Source of the DNA: Patescibacteria group bacterium UBA1388
Lineage (GTDB): Bacteria; Patescibacteriota; Microgenomatia; UBA1400; PJMF01
Direction: 5' to 3'
Assembly: GCA_002305355.1 (NCBI GenBank)
Contig: DBQS01000036.1
Location: forward strand, 15,612-79,611
Length of the DNA: 64,000 bases
The position numbers and the translations under genes are program-made. Shown in pieces: positions 55,212 to 64,000 of this stretch; the first letter of the stretch is position 1, and every line of letters starts with the position of its first letter. Under the pieces are notes generated by a model. It worked only from the letters and a program-made list of their open reading frames with translations. It ran no database searches and had not been told where the DNA came from.

Positions 55212-56681
55212 ATGCGTTTATACAATACACTTTCCAGGCAAATTGAAGAATTTCAACCGCTCAGTCAAAATGAAGTCGGATTATATGCGTGTGGTTTTAC
55301 TGTTTATGACTACACTCACTTAGGCCATTTGCGCCGATACACAATGGATGATGTCTTGATTAAAACACTACGTCATGCCGGTTACAAAGTGAAATTTGTG
55401 CAAAATGTGACTGATGTGGGACATCTTTCATCAGACGCCGATACTGGAGAAGACAAGCTTGAAAAGGGTGCTAAAAAGTACCATCAATCGGTTTGGGAAA
55501 TAGCAAAAAAATTTGAAGACTATTATTGGCGAAGCATGGACTTGATGGGTAATTTTAAGCCAGACATCAGTTGCAAAGCTACTGAGCACATTGAAGCTCA
55601 AATCGATTTGGTAAGTGAGCTAGAAAAAAATGGCATGACATATGTGATTGAGGGAGATGGAGTTTATTTTGATACCAGCAAAATTGATGATTACGGTAAG
55701 TTAGCACAGTTGCAACTTGCTGGCCAACAAGTTGGTGCGCGATTAGAAGTAGTGCCTGGTAAAAAGAACCCGAGCGATTTTGCACTTTGGAAGTTTGAAA
55801 GACCAGGAGAAAATCGGCAAATGGTGTGGTCGAGTCCCTGGGCAGAGCGAGGATTTCCAGGTTGGCATGTAGAATGTAGTGCTATGGCAAGACAATACTT
55901 AGGAGACCAATTTGATATTCATACCGGTGGTATTGATCATATTCCGGTACATCACACCAATGAAATAGCGCAGTCTGAAGCGGTGACTGGTAAAAAACCA
56001 GTTGTGAAATATTGGGTACATCACAATTTCGTGCTCGTGAATGGTCAGAAGATGAGTAAATCTTTAGGAAATTTTTTTACGATTGATGATGTAATTAAAA
56101 AAGGATTCCATCCTCGCGCCTTGCGCTTGTTATTTTTAACCGCACATTACCGTTCGGAAATGAATTTTACTTGGCAGAATTTGGCTGGTGCGCAAAAAAC
56201 TTTTCACAAGCTGCTTGGATTAACAGTGCTGTATCGTAAGGAACAAGACAGATTGGCTTTGAGCGAAGAAAAAATGCAAAAAGTGGATAATTACCGAGCG
56301 CGCTTTTTTGCCGCGCTGGAGAATGATTTATCTACTCCTGAGGCAATGTCGGTCATGTGGGAAATGTTAAAGTCAAATATTCCCAGCAGCGACAAGTATG
56401 ATTTATTGATAGATTTTGATGAAGTTTTGGGCTTGGGTTTAAGACAAGCAGAACAGTTTTTAAGTGAAATTGCAGCGGCGGGTGAGGGGGGCGCTGTCAG
56501 TGGCTCAGATCGTGATTTATCACCAACAGTCAACAAATTACTTGAGGTACGGAAAGCTGCACGGGCAAGTCAGAATTGGCAGCTGGCCGATCAATTGAGA
56601 GGAGAACTTTCAGACCTAGGATTTGAGGTAGAAGATCAACCAGACGGATCACAGTTCTTGCGTCGAAAAAGTAGAACTTAA
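55212..56681 (+). CDS. cysS: Cysteinyl-tRNA synthetase
   Basis: HIGH motif (HLGHLRRY), zinc-binding Cys, KMSKS (KMSKSLGN). Confidence 0.9.
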   Translation: MRLYNTLSRQIEEFQPLSQNEVGLYACGFTVYDYTHLGHLRRYTMDDVLIKTLRHAGYKVKFVQNVTDVGHLSSDADTGEDKLEKGAKKYHQSVWEIAKKFEDYYWRSMDLMGNFKPDISCKATEHIEAQIDLVSELEKNGMTYVIEGDGVYFDTSKIDDYGKLAQLQLAGQQVGARLEVVPGKKNPSDFALWKFERPGENRQMVWSSPWAERGFPGWHVECSAMARQYLGDQFDIHTGGIDHIPVHHTNEIAQSEAVTGKKPVVKYWVHHNFVLVNGQKMSKSLGNFFTIDDVIKKGFHPRALRLLFLTAHYRSEMNFTWQNLAGAQKTFHKLLGLTVLYRKEQDRLALSEEKMQKVDNYRARFFAALENDLSTPEAMSVMWEMLKSNIPSSDKYDLLIDFDEVLGLGLRQAEQFLSEIAAAGEGGAVSGSDRDLSPTVNKLLEVRKAARASQNWQLADQLRGELSDLGFEVEDQPDGSQFLRRKSRT

Positions 56682-56782
56682 AAGTTGACGAAAAATTAAT
56701 TAATCGAATATTTTGACCTAAATTTTAGTAGCATCTCGTTTTGGGTTATGTATAATAGGTGACGTATAAATTTCTAATTTTT

Positions 56783-56986
56783 ATGTCTAAAGATACTCCC
56801 AAACGAAAATTAATTATTCCTAAAGAAGGAAAAAAAATTGGTGGAGTAGCGATTGCTTTTGCCAATTACTTCAACATTGATGTGACCATTGTCCGCATCA
56901 TTTGGGTACTATTACTAATTCCTGGAGGATTGCCTGGTATTATTCCTTATTTGATTTGTTGGTTGATTATTCCTGAAGAAGAATAA
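56783..56986 (+). CDS. PspC-domain small membrane protein (alternative GTG start at 56759)
   Basis: KIGGVAIAFANYFNIDVTIVRIIWVLLLIPGGLPGIIPYLICWLIIP matches the PspC domain consensus. Confidence 0.6.
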   Translation: MSKDTPKRKLIIPKEGKKIGGVAIAFANYFNIDVTIVRIIWVLLLIPGGLPGIIPYLICWLIIPEEE

Positions 56987-57120
56987 GATTATTCAGGACA
57001 TGTTCAAACACTGTATCACAGTATAAGCTTCATGTTGGTGATTGGTGAGAAGAATTTTTTCAAGTTAATTATTTGTAACTTTTTGGATTTTTTCACCATT
57101 GACCATTGATTATTTAGCGA

Positions 57121-57147
57121 TTGTAAACGCGAAAATTCTGTTACAAT
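57121..57147 (+). promoter_or_regulatory. Candidate purB promoter: -35 TTGTAA, 15-nt spacer, extended -10 TGTTACAAT
   Basis: Motifs seen directly; ATG at 57179, no RBS. Confidence 0.4.
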
Positions 57148-57178
57148 GTAACCGTTTTTGGCTCTAAAAAAGACAATT

Positions 57179-58567
57179 ATGAGCCCTAGTCATGGGTTAA
57201 ATTCAATCTCTCCTTTAGATGGCAGGTACGCCCCACGTGTCAAAAATTTGGCTATCATTTTTTCTGAATCAGGTTTGATAAAGTTTCGGGTGAAAGCTGA
57301 AGTGGAATATCTGCTGGCTTTTTTGTCCGAGACAAAGTTAGTGAGCGTGACAACAAAAAAAACTGCCGCAATCCGTCAGATTGTTGAGCGATTTGATGAA
57401 AAGCAAGCCCGTCAAGTTAAACAATATGAAGCTACATGTAGACATGATGTGAAAGCGGTGGAGTATTTTTTGCGAGCGGAGTTGAAACGCTTGGGGATGG
57501 ATGAACTTATTCCGTATATTCATTTTGGACTAACTAGCGAAGATACAAACTCCGTTGCCTATGGATTAATGCTACAAACTTCGTTGCATCAGGAAATATT
57601 GCCCCAAATTAAAAAAGTGATTGTGGGCTTGGTTCAGCTAGCTGAACCAAATATATCGGCTGTGATGATGGGTAGAACTCATGGTCAACCGGCGGTGCCG
57701 ACCACAATGGGTAAAGAACTACTGGTTTTTGTGAAGCGGTTAGTTGCTGAATACCAATCTTTAGCTGTTTTATCCATAGAGGCCAAGTGCAATGGTGCAG
57801 TGGGTAACTGGCACGTTCATGACTTATTTTTTCCAAACAATAATTGGCCAAAATTTAGTGAGCGGTTGATTAAAAATTTAGGTTTGCAACCGAACGATGT
57901 TACTACTCAAATTGTGCCCGCTGAATCGATGGTGAAGTATTTTCAATCTTTAATCAGAGTTAATCAAATTATAATTGATTGTGCCAGAGATTGTTGGCAG
58001 TACATCAGTGCTGATTATTTGCATCAAATACCACGGGAGAAAGAAGTGGGTTCTTCAACGATGCCCCAAAAAGTGAACCCGATTGATTTTGAAAATGCAG
58101 AGGGCAATGCGGGTTTGGCAACGGCGTTATTAGCTCATTTCACAGAAAAGTTACCAATTTCTAGGTTACAGCGAGATTTATCTGATAGCACGGTCAAGAG
58201 GTCGATTGGGGTAGCGCTTGGTCACTCCTTACTCGCGATGCAATCTTTAGTAAAGGGGTTGAGTCGAGTTGAGGCGAATCGGCAGTTAATGTTGACAGAA
58301 GTCCGCCATCATCCAGAGATGATGGCGGAGGCAATTCAATCGGCTTTACGGTTGGATGGTAGAGCTAATGCTTATGAGTTAGTCAAAAGGCAGAGTAGAG
58401 GAAAGGAGTTTTCAGAACAAACCATCCATATGATATCCCAACAAATTAAAGATCCAGTTTATCGGCAAATACTTATTAATCTCAAGATAGAAGATTACAC
58501 CGGCCTCGCTGTAAAGCTCACCAAATCTGAAATTAAAAAAATAAAAAAATATTTAGCAAAAAACTAA
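57179..58567 (+). CDS. purB: Adenylosuccinate lyase
   Basis: MSPSHGLNSISPLDGRY N-terminus; fumarase/lyase signature GSSTMPQKVNP. Confidence 0.85.
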   Translation: MSPSHGLNSISPLDGRYAPRVKNLAIIFSESGLIKFRVKAEVEYLLAFLSETKLVSVTTKKTAAIRQIVERFDEKQARQVKQYEATCRHDVKAVEYFLRAELKRLGMDELIPYIHFGLTSEDTNSVAYGLMLQTSLHQEILPQIKKVIVGLVQLAEPNISAVMMGRTHGQPAVPTTMGKELLVFVKRLVAEYQSLAVLSIEAKCNGAVGNWHVHDLFFPNNNWPKFSERLIKNLGLQPNDVTTQIVPAESMVKYFQSLIRVNQIIIDCARDCWQYISADYLHQIPREKEVGSSTMPQKVNPIDFENAEGNAGLATALLAHFTEKLPISRLQRDLSDSTVKRSIGVALGHSLLAMQSLVKGLSRVEANRQLMLTEVRHHPEMMAEAIQSALRLDGRANAYELVKRQSRGKEFSEQTIHMISQQIKDPVYRQILINLKIEDYTGLAVKLTKSEIKKIKKYLAKN

Positions 58568-58627
58568 ATTTATGCAGATTCTACTATTTTACTTATTATT
58601 AATAGAATTATTAGGAGAAAGGCAACG

Positions 58628-59971
58628 ATGAGAAAGAACACGGCGGCATTTTGCGGCGGAGCATATGGCGATGAAGGAAAGGGTAGAATTGTGGATTGGT
58701 ACGTCAACAAGTTTGCTCGCAAAGGTCCGGTGGTGGTTTTTCGTGACAATGGTGGCGCCAATGCCGGACACACCGTGGAAGTAGGGGATACAAGGATTGC
58801 GTTACATCAACTGCCAAGTGGAGTGATGATTGAAGGCGTGAAGTTGCTTTTGGGCAAGGGCATGGTTATTCATCCGGGCGATTTAATTCAAGAAATTGAG
58901 TCAGTGGAAAAAGCGACCGGAAAATCTTTAAGCAAGCGCATCAAAATAGACGAACTGGCGGTGTTAACACTTGATACTCACCGGGCTTTTGAGACCGTTC
59001 TAAAAAATTGGCAAAAAGGTGGATCAGGTTCAACGGGACGAGGAATTTCTCCGGCCTATGCAGATGTGCTGCTTCGCCATCCCGTCAGAGTGCGAGATAT
59101 TGTGCCGTTTCATACCAATTCAATTGCGGCGCATTACCAACTTTATCAGTCATTAATTTCAGGTCTTGGTCAAGATTTATCTTCAACACGCGTTGTAACA
59201 GCTGCTGGGGAAATGATGCCAGTTGGTTCTGAAAAGGAGTTTATTCAAAGATTACGAACACAAGCTAAGAAATTGAATATATTCGTGACTAATTTAGTTC
59301 CACTACTGATTAAATATTGGCAAGATGAACAATTAGGCATTGTTTGTGAAAAAGCTCAAGCCATTGGGTTGGATGCAAGGTGGGGAGTATATCCGGATGT
59401 AACAGCGTCAGATACCACTTTCGCGGGTATTCAAGCTGCTACGGAAGGTGCTTTTAACATTGATGAGATTACCCTGCGAGCCGCAGTCATTAAGGCGACA
59501 TACATGTCAAGCGTCGGGGCCAGGCAATTACCAACACATATGACAGGAGCCTTAGCCAATCAAATCAGGCGGGATGCTGATGAGTATGGTGCAACTACCA
59601 AAAGACCACGCGACATTGCCTATCTTGATTTGCCAGCAATTCGGTTTTTTATTAAGGTGGGTGGAGTGAAACAGTTGATTTTAACGCATATGGACATCAT
59701 TTATGATCAGCCGCTCAAAATTTGTGTTGATTACAAGCTAAACGGCAAGTCAGTCTCTTATCGTCCTGATCAGGTATATTTGAATAAAGTCACACCAGTC
59801 TTTCAGAACTTAAAACCCTGGAAGCGGGCAGAAATTCAGGCAGCTCAATCTAAAAAGGACTTACCTTTCGCTGCCAAGCACTACGTAGAATTTTTGGAAA
59901 AAGAACTCCACATCAAGATTCCGATGATTACGACAGGACCGAAAAGAGAGCAAACGATATTGCTTTCATAA
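58628..59971 (+). CDS. purA: Adenylosuccinate synthetase
   Basis: GDEGKGRIVDW P-loop, FRDNGGANAGHTV, GTTKRPRD-like (TTKRPRDIAYLD) motifs. Confidence 0.85.
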   Translation: MRKNTAAFCGGAYGDEGKGRIVDWYVNKFARKGPVVVFRDNGGANAGHTVEVGDTRIALHQLPSGVMIEGVKLLLGKGMVIHPGDLIQEIESVEKATGKSLSKRIKIDELAVLTLDTHRAFETVLKNWQKGGSGSTGRGISPAYADVLLRHPVRVRDIVPFHTNSIAAHYQLYQSLISGLGQDLSSTRVVTAAGEMMPVGSEKEFIQRLRTQAKKLNIFVTNLVPLLIKYWQDEQLGIVCEKAQAIGLDARWGVYPDVTASDTTFAGIQAATEGAFNIDEITLRAAVIKATYMSSVGARQLPTHMTGALANQIRRDADEYGATTKRPRDIAYLDLPAIRFFIKVGGVKQLILTHMDIIYDQPLKICVDYKLNGKSVSYRPDQVYLNKVTPVFQNLKPWKRAEIQAAQSKKDLPFAAKHYVEFLEKELHIKIPMITTGPKREQTILLS

Positions 59972-60203
59972 ACCAGGGTGGGAGTACTAAAAAAATTATG
60001 TAGTGATCATAGTAATTGCTTGTTTCAACATTGAAGGCCATGTACAGAGGTGATGAAACAAATTACCAGCGAGTGCTTAACTGCGTTAATTAAGAAATTA
60101 GTTGGAAAAGAGTGCTAAAAAATTTTTTGGTAGAAGACGATGTAGTGAAAATTATTGAAGCTAGAGTTAATGGTAAAGAAACTGGTATAAAGGATAATTT
60201 CAG

Positions 60204-61268
60204 ATGAATAATTTTGAAGCTGATTTACACGAGGCTCACCGACAAATTAGTCCAGTCGTGATGCAATGTTTGGAGGAATATTTTGCAGCTAACCACAACT
60301 TTAATCTAAATAAAGAATTTATTGCTTATGCCAGCAAACTTGCATGTAGCGGCAAAATGATGAGGGCGGCGCTCTTATTGGCAGTGACTAACTTTTCTGG
60401 AAATAAGCAATATCGCTCGCAAGCGAGGCTGACTGCTGCTGCAATTGAAATGTTTGGTACAGGTATTTTAATTCATGACGATATTATTGATCAATCATCT
60501 ACCAGGAGAAGTTTGCCCAGTGCTCATTATTATTTTGCATCGTTAGCTAAAAAACGTGGTTATCAAGATCCTGACCAGTTTGGGATAAGTGCGGCAATTT
60601 GTCTAGCAGACTTATTATTTTTCATTGCCGAGAAAATTTTAGCCAAATTAAAATTGCCATCAAATATTGGTCGCACTTTAATACTGGATAGCAATCGGGA
60701 GCTCTCTCAACTGGTATTAGCAGAGATGGAAGATGTGAGGTTGGCCGCGCACCAAAAACCTGTTTCAATGTTTGAAATTATTGAAATGTATCTTGGTAAA
60801 ACTGGGCGATACACTGGGCGTTGGCCATTGACGATGGGCGGTGTGTTGGCAGGATTAAAAGAACAGCAACTTAACGAACTGGCTGATATTGGTGACCAGT
60901 TAGGATTGGTTTACCAATTAAGTGATGACAAGCTTGGGATTTATGGTGAAGAAGCAGCAACTGGAAAATCGAGTTCGAGTGATGTTTTAAGTGGTAAAAA
61001 GACGCTTTATTATTTCTATTTAACAAAATTTGAAGGAAAACAAAAATTGCAATTGTTGCAGATTTATGGCAATCCTCGGGCTAGCGCAAAACAGATACGT
61101 TGGTTTAAGCATCAACTGCTTGAATTGGGGATTAGTGACCGCGTGAATCAACAAATTAATTCAGAAGCTGACAAATTGGTGCAGTTAATAAAGCAAGCGA
61201 GTATTGCATCTGAACTGAAAAACTGGCTGATAAACGCGACTGCCTTCATTATCAAGCGCCAGCGCTGA
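60204..61268 (+). CDS. Polyprenyl (isoprenyl) diphosphate synthase family
   Basis: First Asp-rich motif LIHDDIIDQSSTRR; second motif QLSDDKLGIYG. Confidence 0.7.
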   Translation: MNNFEADLHEAHRQISPVVMQCLEEYFAANHNFNLNKEFIAYASKLACSGKMMRAALLLAVTNFSGNKQYRSQARLTAAAIEMFGTGILIHDDIIDQSSTRRSLPSAHYYFASLAKKRGYQDPDQFGISAAICLADLLFFIAEKILAKLKLPSNIGRTLILDSNRELSQLVLAEMEDVRLAAHQKPVSMFEIIEMYLGKTGRYTGRWPLTMGGVLAGLKEQQLNELADIGDQLGLVYQLSDDKLGIYGEEAATGKSSSSDVLSGKKTLYYFYLTKFEGKQKLQLLQIYGNPRASAKQIRWFKHQLLELGISDRVNQQINSEADKLVQLIKQASIASELKNWLINATAFIIKRQR

Positions 61269-61314
61269 GCGCACCAGCCGGCAAGGTTTTTTTATCTTTT
61301 TATTGATTGCCTGC

Positions 61315-61401
61315 TTATTGGAGGCCGCTCATGACAAACAAGCCAACCGCCGCTGCCAGAGCGAACAACATTTCCAGACCGGTGATAGTACTTGCTTTCA
61401 T
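61315..61401 (-). CDS. Candidate 28-aa hydrophobic micro-protein MKASTITGLEMLFALAAAVGLFVMSGLQ
   Basis: Not in the ORF track (<60 aa); single TM; locally GC-rich codons in an AT-rich spacer; weak RBS. Confidence 0.2.
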   Translation of the reverse strand: MKASTITGLEMLFALAAAVGLFVMSGLQ

Positions 61402-61655
61402 GAACCCAATACTAAGGGTGGAATGTAAGGATTACATAATAAATTTGGGGTGAGTGCGTAAGAGTAAATAAATTATTCAAATATGATATTGAGAGGATCG
61501 ACACATCTAATGAATACCCAAATTTTTTTAACAGTTGAGTAAATTTCCATATTTTTCTTGACTTGATAATTGTGCTGTGATTGATTATATTGCAAGTATT
61601 CTCACTGGTGTGGTTGGTAATATTGATAAGTTTTTTACGGACATGACTCCGGATT

Positions 61656-62282
61656 TTGATGTATAGAAAAACGTTATTTATTGTTGGAGGAGGGGTTTTT
61701 TTAGGGTTTATTTTTTTATTGATCGTTGTGAGTAAGAATCGAGCAGAATTAAGTAATGCCACCATAATTGAGGAAAATAATCACTTCTTAGCTTATGACC
61801 ATCCCGCTCAAAATCAGGCCAAACTCACTTCCACCAATATTGATGCCCTGAACACAACTTATATTATTCATGGCGATACTGTTCATTTTGTGGCAGGAGA
61901 TTCAGCCCAATTTAATGATCGTAAGCAATTGGAGATGGGAAAATTTACCATTATCAGCGCCCCTGTTTCAGGAGATGTGGATGGTGATCATGATAGTGAT
62001 GCGGTTGTAATTTTGGCAGAAGAAACGAGCGGAGAAGAAGTAATTTATTACGTTGGGGCGGCGATTAAAAATGAAATAGAGTTTAAAGGTACCAATCTAG
62101 TCAGCCTAGATCAAGATCTTGTTCCTCAAAATATTCATATTGAGTCAAATGGTTTGATTGTCGTCAAATATATACGAGGAATTAGTGCTGGCAAGAGGGC
62201 AGTGAATCCAGAAAAATATTTAAGCCAATATTACCAAGTTAAGGATGGCGTATTGGAAAAGCTAAAGATGCCTAATTTATAA
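61656..62282 (+). CDS. Hypothetical secreted protein (N-terminal TM/signal)
   Basis: N-terminus LFIVGGGVFLGFIFLLIVVS; no known motif. Confidence 0.45.
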   Translation: MMYRKTLFIVGGGVFLGFIFLLIVVSKNRAELSNATIIEENNHFLAYDHPAQNQAKLTSTNIDALNTTYIIHGDTVHFVAGDSAQFNDRKQLEMGKFTIISAPVSGDVDGDHDSDAVVILAEETSGEEVIYYVGAAIKNEIEFKGTNLVSLDQDLVPQNIHIESNGLIVVKYIRGISAGKRAVNPEKYLSQYYQVKDGVLEKLKMPNL

Positions 62283-62326
62283 TCCAATTAGTAAAAATTT
62301 TATTATTAAGGATTTGATTAAGTTAT

Positions 62327-62824
62327 ATGAAAGCTGATTATCATCCGGTGGTTTATCAAATTCTTGAGTTAATAAAATCCAAAGGCTGTTGGTTTGAGTC
62401 TTTTGAACATCAATCAGTTCGAACGAGTGAGGAGGCGGCTCGGGTACGCACTGGCTACACCCTAAACCAAGGAGCAAAAGCGTTGATTATCCGTGTTAAA
62501 CGCAATCAAGAAAAGCAGTTTGTGATGTTGGTAGTACCGGGTGATCAAAAATTTGATAAGTTTAAGGTGAGAGAGATTTTAGAAAGTAGTGATCTACGCT
62601 TTGCAACAGAGAAAGAAGTTTCCGCAATTACTCAGGGAGTGCAGTTGGGAGGCATACCACCATTTGGCAATTTGTTTGGTTTAAAAGTTATTGCTGACCA
62701 AGCACTTTTCAATCAAAAAGTGATTATCTTCAATGCCGGAGACAAAAGATTTTCAGTGGCAATCAAGTCAGAAGACTTTAAAAAGTTGGTGCAACCGGTT
62801 GTGCAAGATATTTGTGTGCGTTGA
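62327..62824 (+). CDS. ybaK: YbaK/ProX-type aminoacyl-tRNA deacylase
   Basis: 165 aa; GAKALIIRVKR and GGIPPFGN motifs match the YbaK/ProRS-associated editing domain. Confidence 0.7.
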   Translation: MKADYHPVVYQILELIKSKGCWFESFEHQSVRTSEEAARVRTGYTLNQGAKALIIRVKRNQEKQFVMLVVPGDQKFDKFKVREILESSDLRFATEKEVSAITQGVQLGGIPPFGNLFGLKVIADQALFNQKVIIFNAGDKRFSVAIKSEDFKKLVQPVVQDICVR

Positions 62825-62892
62825 TCACTTAATTCTGATTAGTGATATTCGTCAGATTAGATTCGATTTGATTTTAATTAAAACTCAGCAAG

Positions 62893-63315
62893 ATGGTGAT
62901 AATATTTTGGAATGGGATATTATGGAAAATTGAGATCATAAGATACAATTACCCTCATATGAAATATTTAATTTGGTTTGTCAAAATCAGTTCGTTACTG
63001 GTTATTCTGTTGGGATTACCTTTCTATTTTGGTTATGGTAATCCATTGCCATTCATTAATCCAAATTATTCGTTTCTAGATAATTTGTGGTTAGCGATTT
63101 TTCCACTCATGTTTTTTGGATTAGCTCTTGGGTGGAAGATGCCTCAGGTGGCAGGATACTGGTTGGTCGTTCTATTAGGATTGGGGTTGATTGCATCATT
63201 TGTGGTGGAAGGAAATTGGGACGGTTTTCCGGTCATCATGTTATTGCCTTTTGTATTAGGTGTGTTGTATCTAGTGGTGGGATACAAGTCAAAAAAATCT
63301 TTGAAAGCTAAATGA
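62893..63315 (+). CDS. Hypothetical polytopic membrane protein
   Basis: Four hydrophobic helices; ATGA overlap with ychF. Confidence 0.4.
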   Translation: MVIIFWNGILWKIEIIRYNYPHMKYLIWFVKISSLLVILLGLPFYFGYGNPLPFINPNYSFLDNLWLAIFPLMFFGLALGWKMPQVAGYWLVVLLGLGLIASFVVEGNWDGFPVIMLLPFVLGVLYLVVGYKSKKSLKAK

Positions 63316-64000
63316 TGAGTCTATCAATTGGGATTGTTGGTCTACCCAACGTTGGAAAATCAACTCTTTTCAATGCGCTGTTAAAAGAGCAACAGGCTTT
63401 GGCGGCTAATTATCCTTTTGCGACGATTGAACCCAATGTGGGGGTTGTGCCGGTGCCGGATGAGCGACTGGAAGTGTTGGCAAAAATTGTCGGCACAAAC
63501 ACGATTAAACCAGCGATGGTGGAGTTCGTAGATATTGCCGGCTTGGTGGCAGGTGCTCATAAAGGGGAGGGGTTAGGTAACAAATTTTTAGCACACATCA
63601 GGGAAACAGCGGCGATTTGCCACGTTTTGCGCCGGTTTGAAGATGAAAATGTGGTGAGGGAAGGTGCAATTGATCCCCGGACTGATCTTGATGTAGTCAG
63701 GTTGGAACTGCAGTTTGCCGACCTTGCAACTTTAGAAAAACAGCCCGAGCCAAAAGGATCGGTAGAACGCGGTGACAAAGAACGATGGGCGATTATCAAG
63801 CACTTTTTGGGAGAAATTCAAGCTGGTCACACCGTGAGGCAAGCCATTGAGAATCAGAAGTTAGGTGTTGATAGCGCGACTTGTGAAGAAGTTGCCAAGG
63901 AATTGTCGCTTTTGAGCGCCAAGCAAGAGTTGTTTGTGATCAATGTGAGTGAACAGCAATTGACGGAATCTGAAGTGGAACGGATGACGGATAAATATGC
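63312..64000 (+). CDS. ychF: Ribosome-binding ATPase YchF (Obg family), 3' end truncated by the window
   Basis: GIVGLPNVGKSTLFNAL P-loop, DIAGLVAGA switch II, TGS-preceding helical domain begins. Confidence 0.85.
   Translation, partial: MMSLSIGIVGLPNVGKSTLFNALLKEQQALAANYPFATIEPNVGVVPVPDERLEVLAKIVGTNTIKPAMVEFVDIAGLVAGAHKGEGLGNKFLAHIRETAAICHVLRRFEDENVVREGAIDPRTDLDVVRLELQFADLATLEKQPEPKGSVERGDKERWAIIKHFLGEIQAGHTVRQAIENQKLGVDSATCEEVAKELSLLSAKQELFVINVSEQQLTESEVERMTDKY

Noticed and set aside
61412-61765. 117-aa minus-strand ORF
   Set aside because: Low-complexity translation of an AT-rich spacer, overlapping the start of the better-supported plus-strand gene 61656..62282.
1-64000. CRISPR arrays, rRNA, transposases/integrases, prophage blocks
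   Set aside because: No regularly spaced direct repeats, no rRNA-like conserved stretches and no recombinase or transposase motifs were found in any frame.

Overview
This is an AT-rich (about 40% GC), gene-dense bacterial chromosomal segment. Coding density is high on both strands, many genes are translationally coupled (ATGA/GTGA overlaps), Shine-Dalgarno sites are weak or absent, and several conserved genes are divergent. That style is typical of streamlined, Patescibacteria/CPR-like genomes; this is inference from gene content only. Housekeeping genes I can recognise: secE and a partial nusG-like ORF; galU; rpmG (L33); rpmB (L28); the def-fmt operon; mreB/mreC/mreD plus PBP2 (mrdA); murF; dprA-topA; a deoxythymidylate module (ThyX-like, surE, dcd, dut, tmk); argG; recR; hpf; cysS; purB-purA; a polyprenyl synthetase; a YbaK-type deacylase; ychF (3' partial); and a 2-oxoacid:ferredoxin oxidoreductase alpha and beta pair with a flavodoxin. 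I also place four tRNAs: Thr-GGT, Tyr-GTA, Thr-TGT and Trp-CCA. No CRISPR array, rRNA, transposase or integrase was detected. The most unusual content is at 506..6983: a putative cohesin-dockerin-like cell-surface assembly. Two secreted proteins end in canonical duplicated dockerin calcium-binding segments; one is an HExxH..DEY zinc metalloprotease. Directly upstream of secE is a large membrane-anchored protein with a cohesin-like beta-rich module, a poly-acidic tract and three novel cysteine-rich modules, with an O-antigen-ligase-like gene embedded in the locus. Other notable items: a tandem-duplicated ThyX-like protein; an ArgG fused to a C-terminal MGS-like (CarB allosteric-domain-like) module and coupled to a CodA-like amidohydrolase; three Asp/Gln-rich disordered proteins; a divergent MreB; and a recurring TGnTACAAT extended -10 promoter motif.
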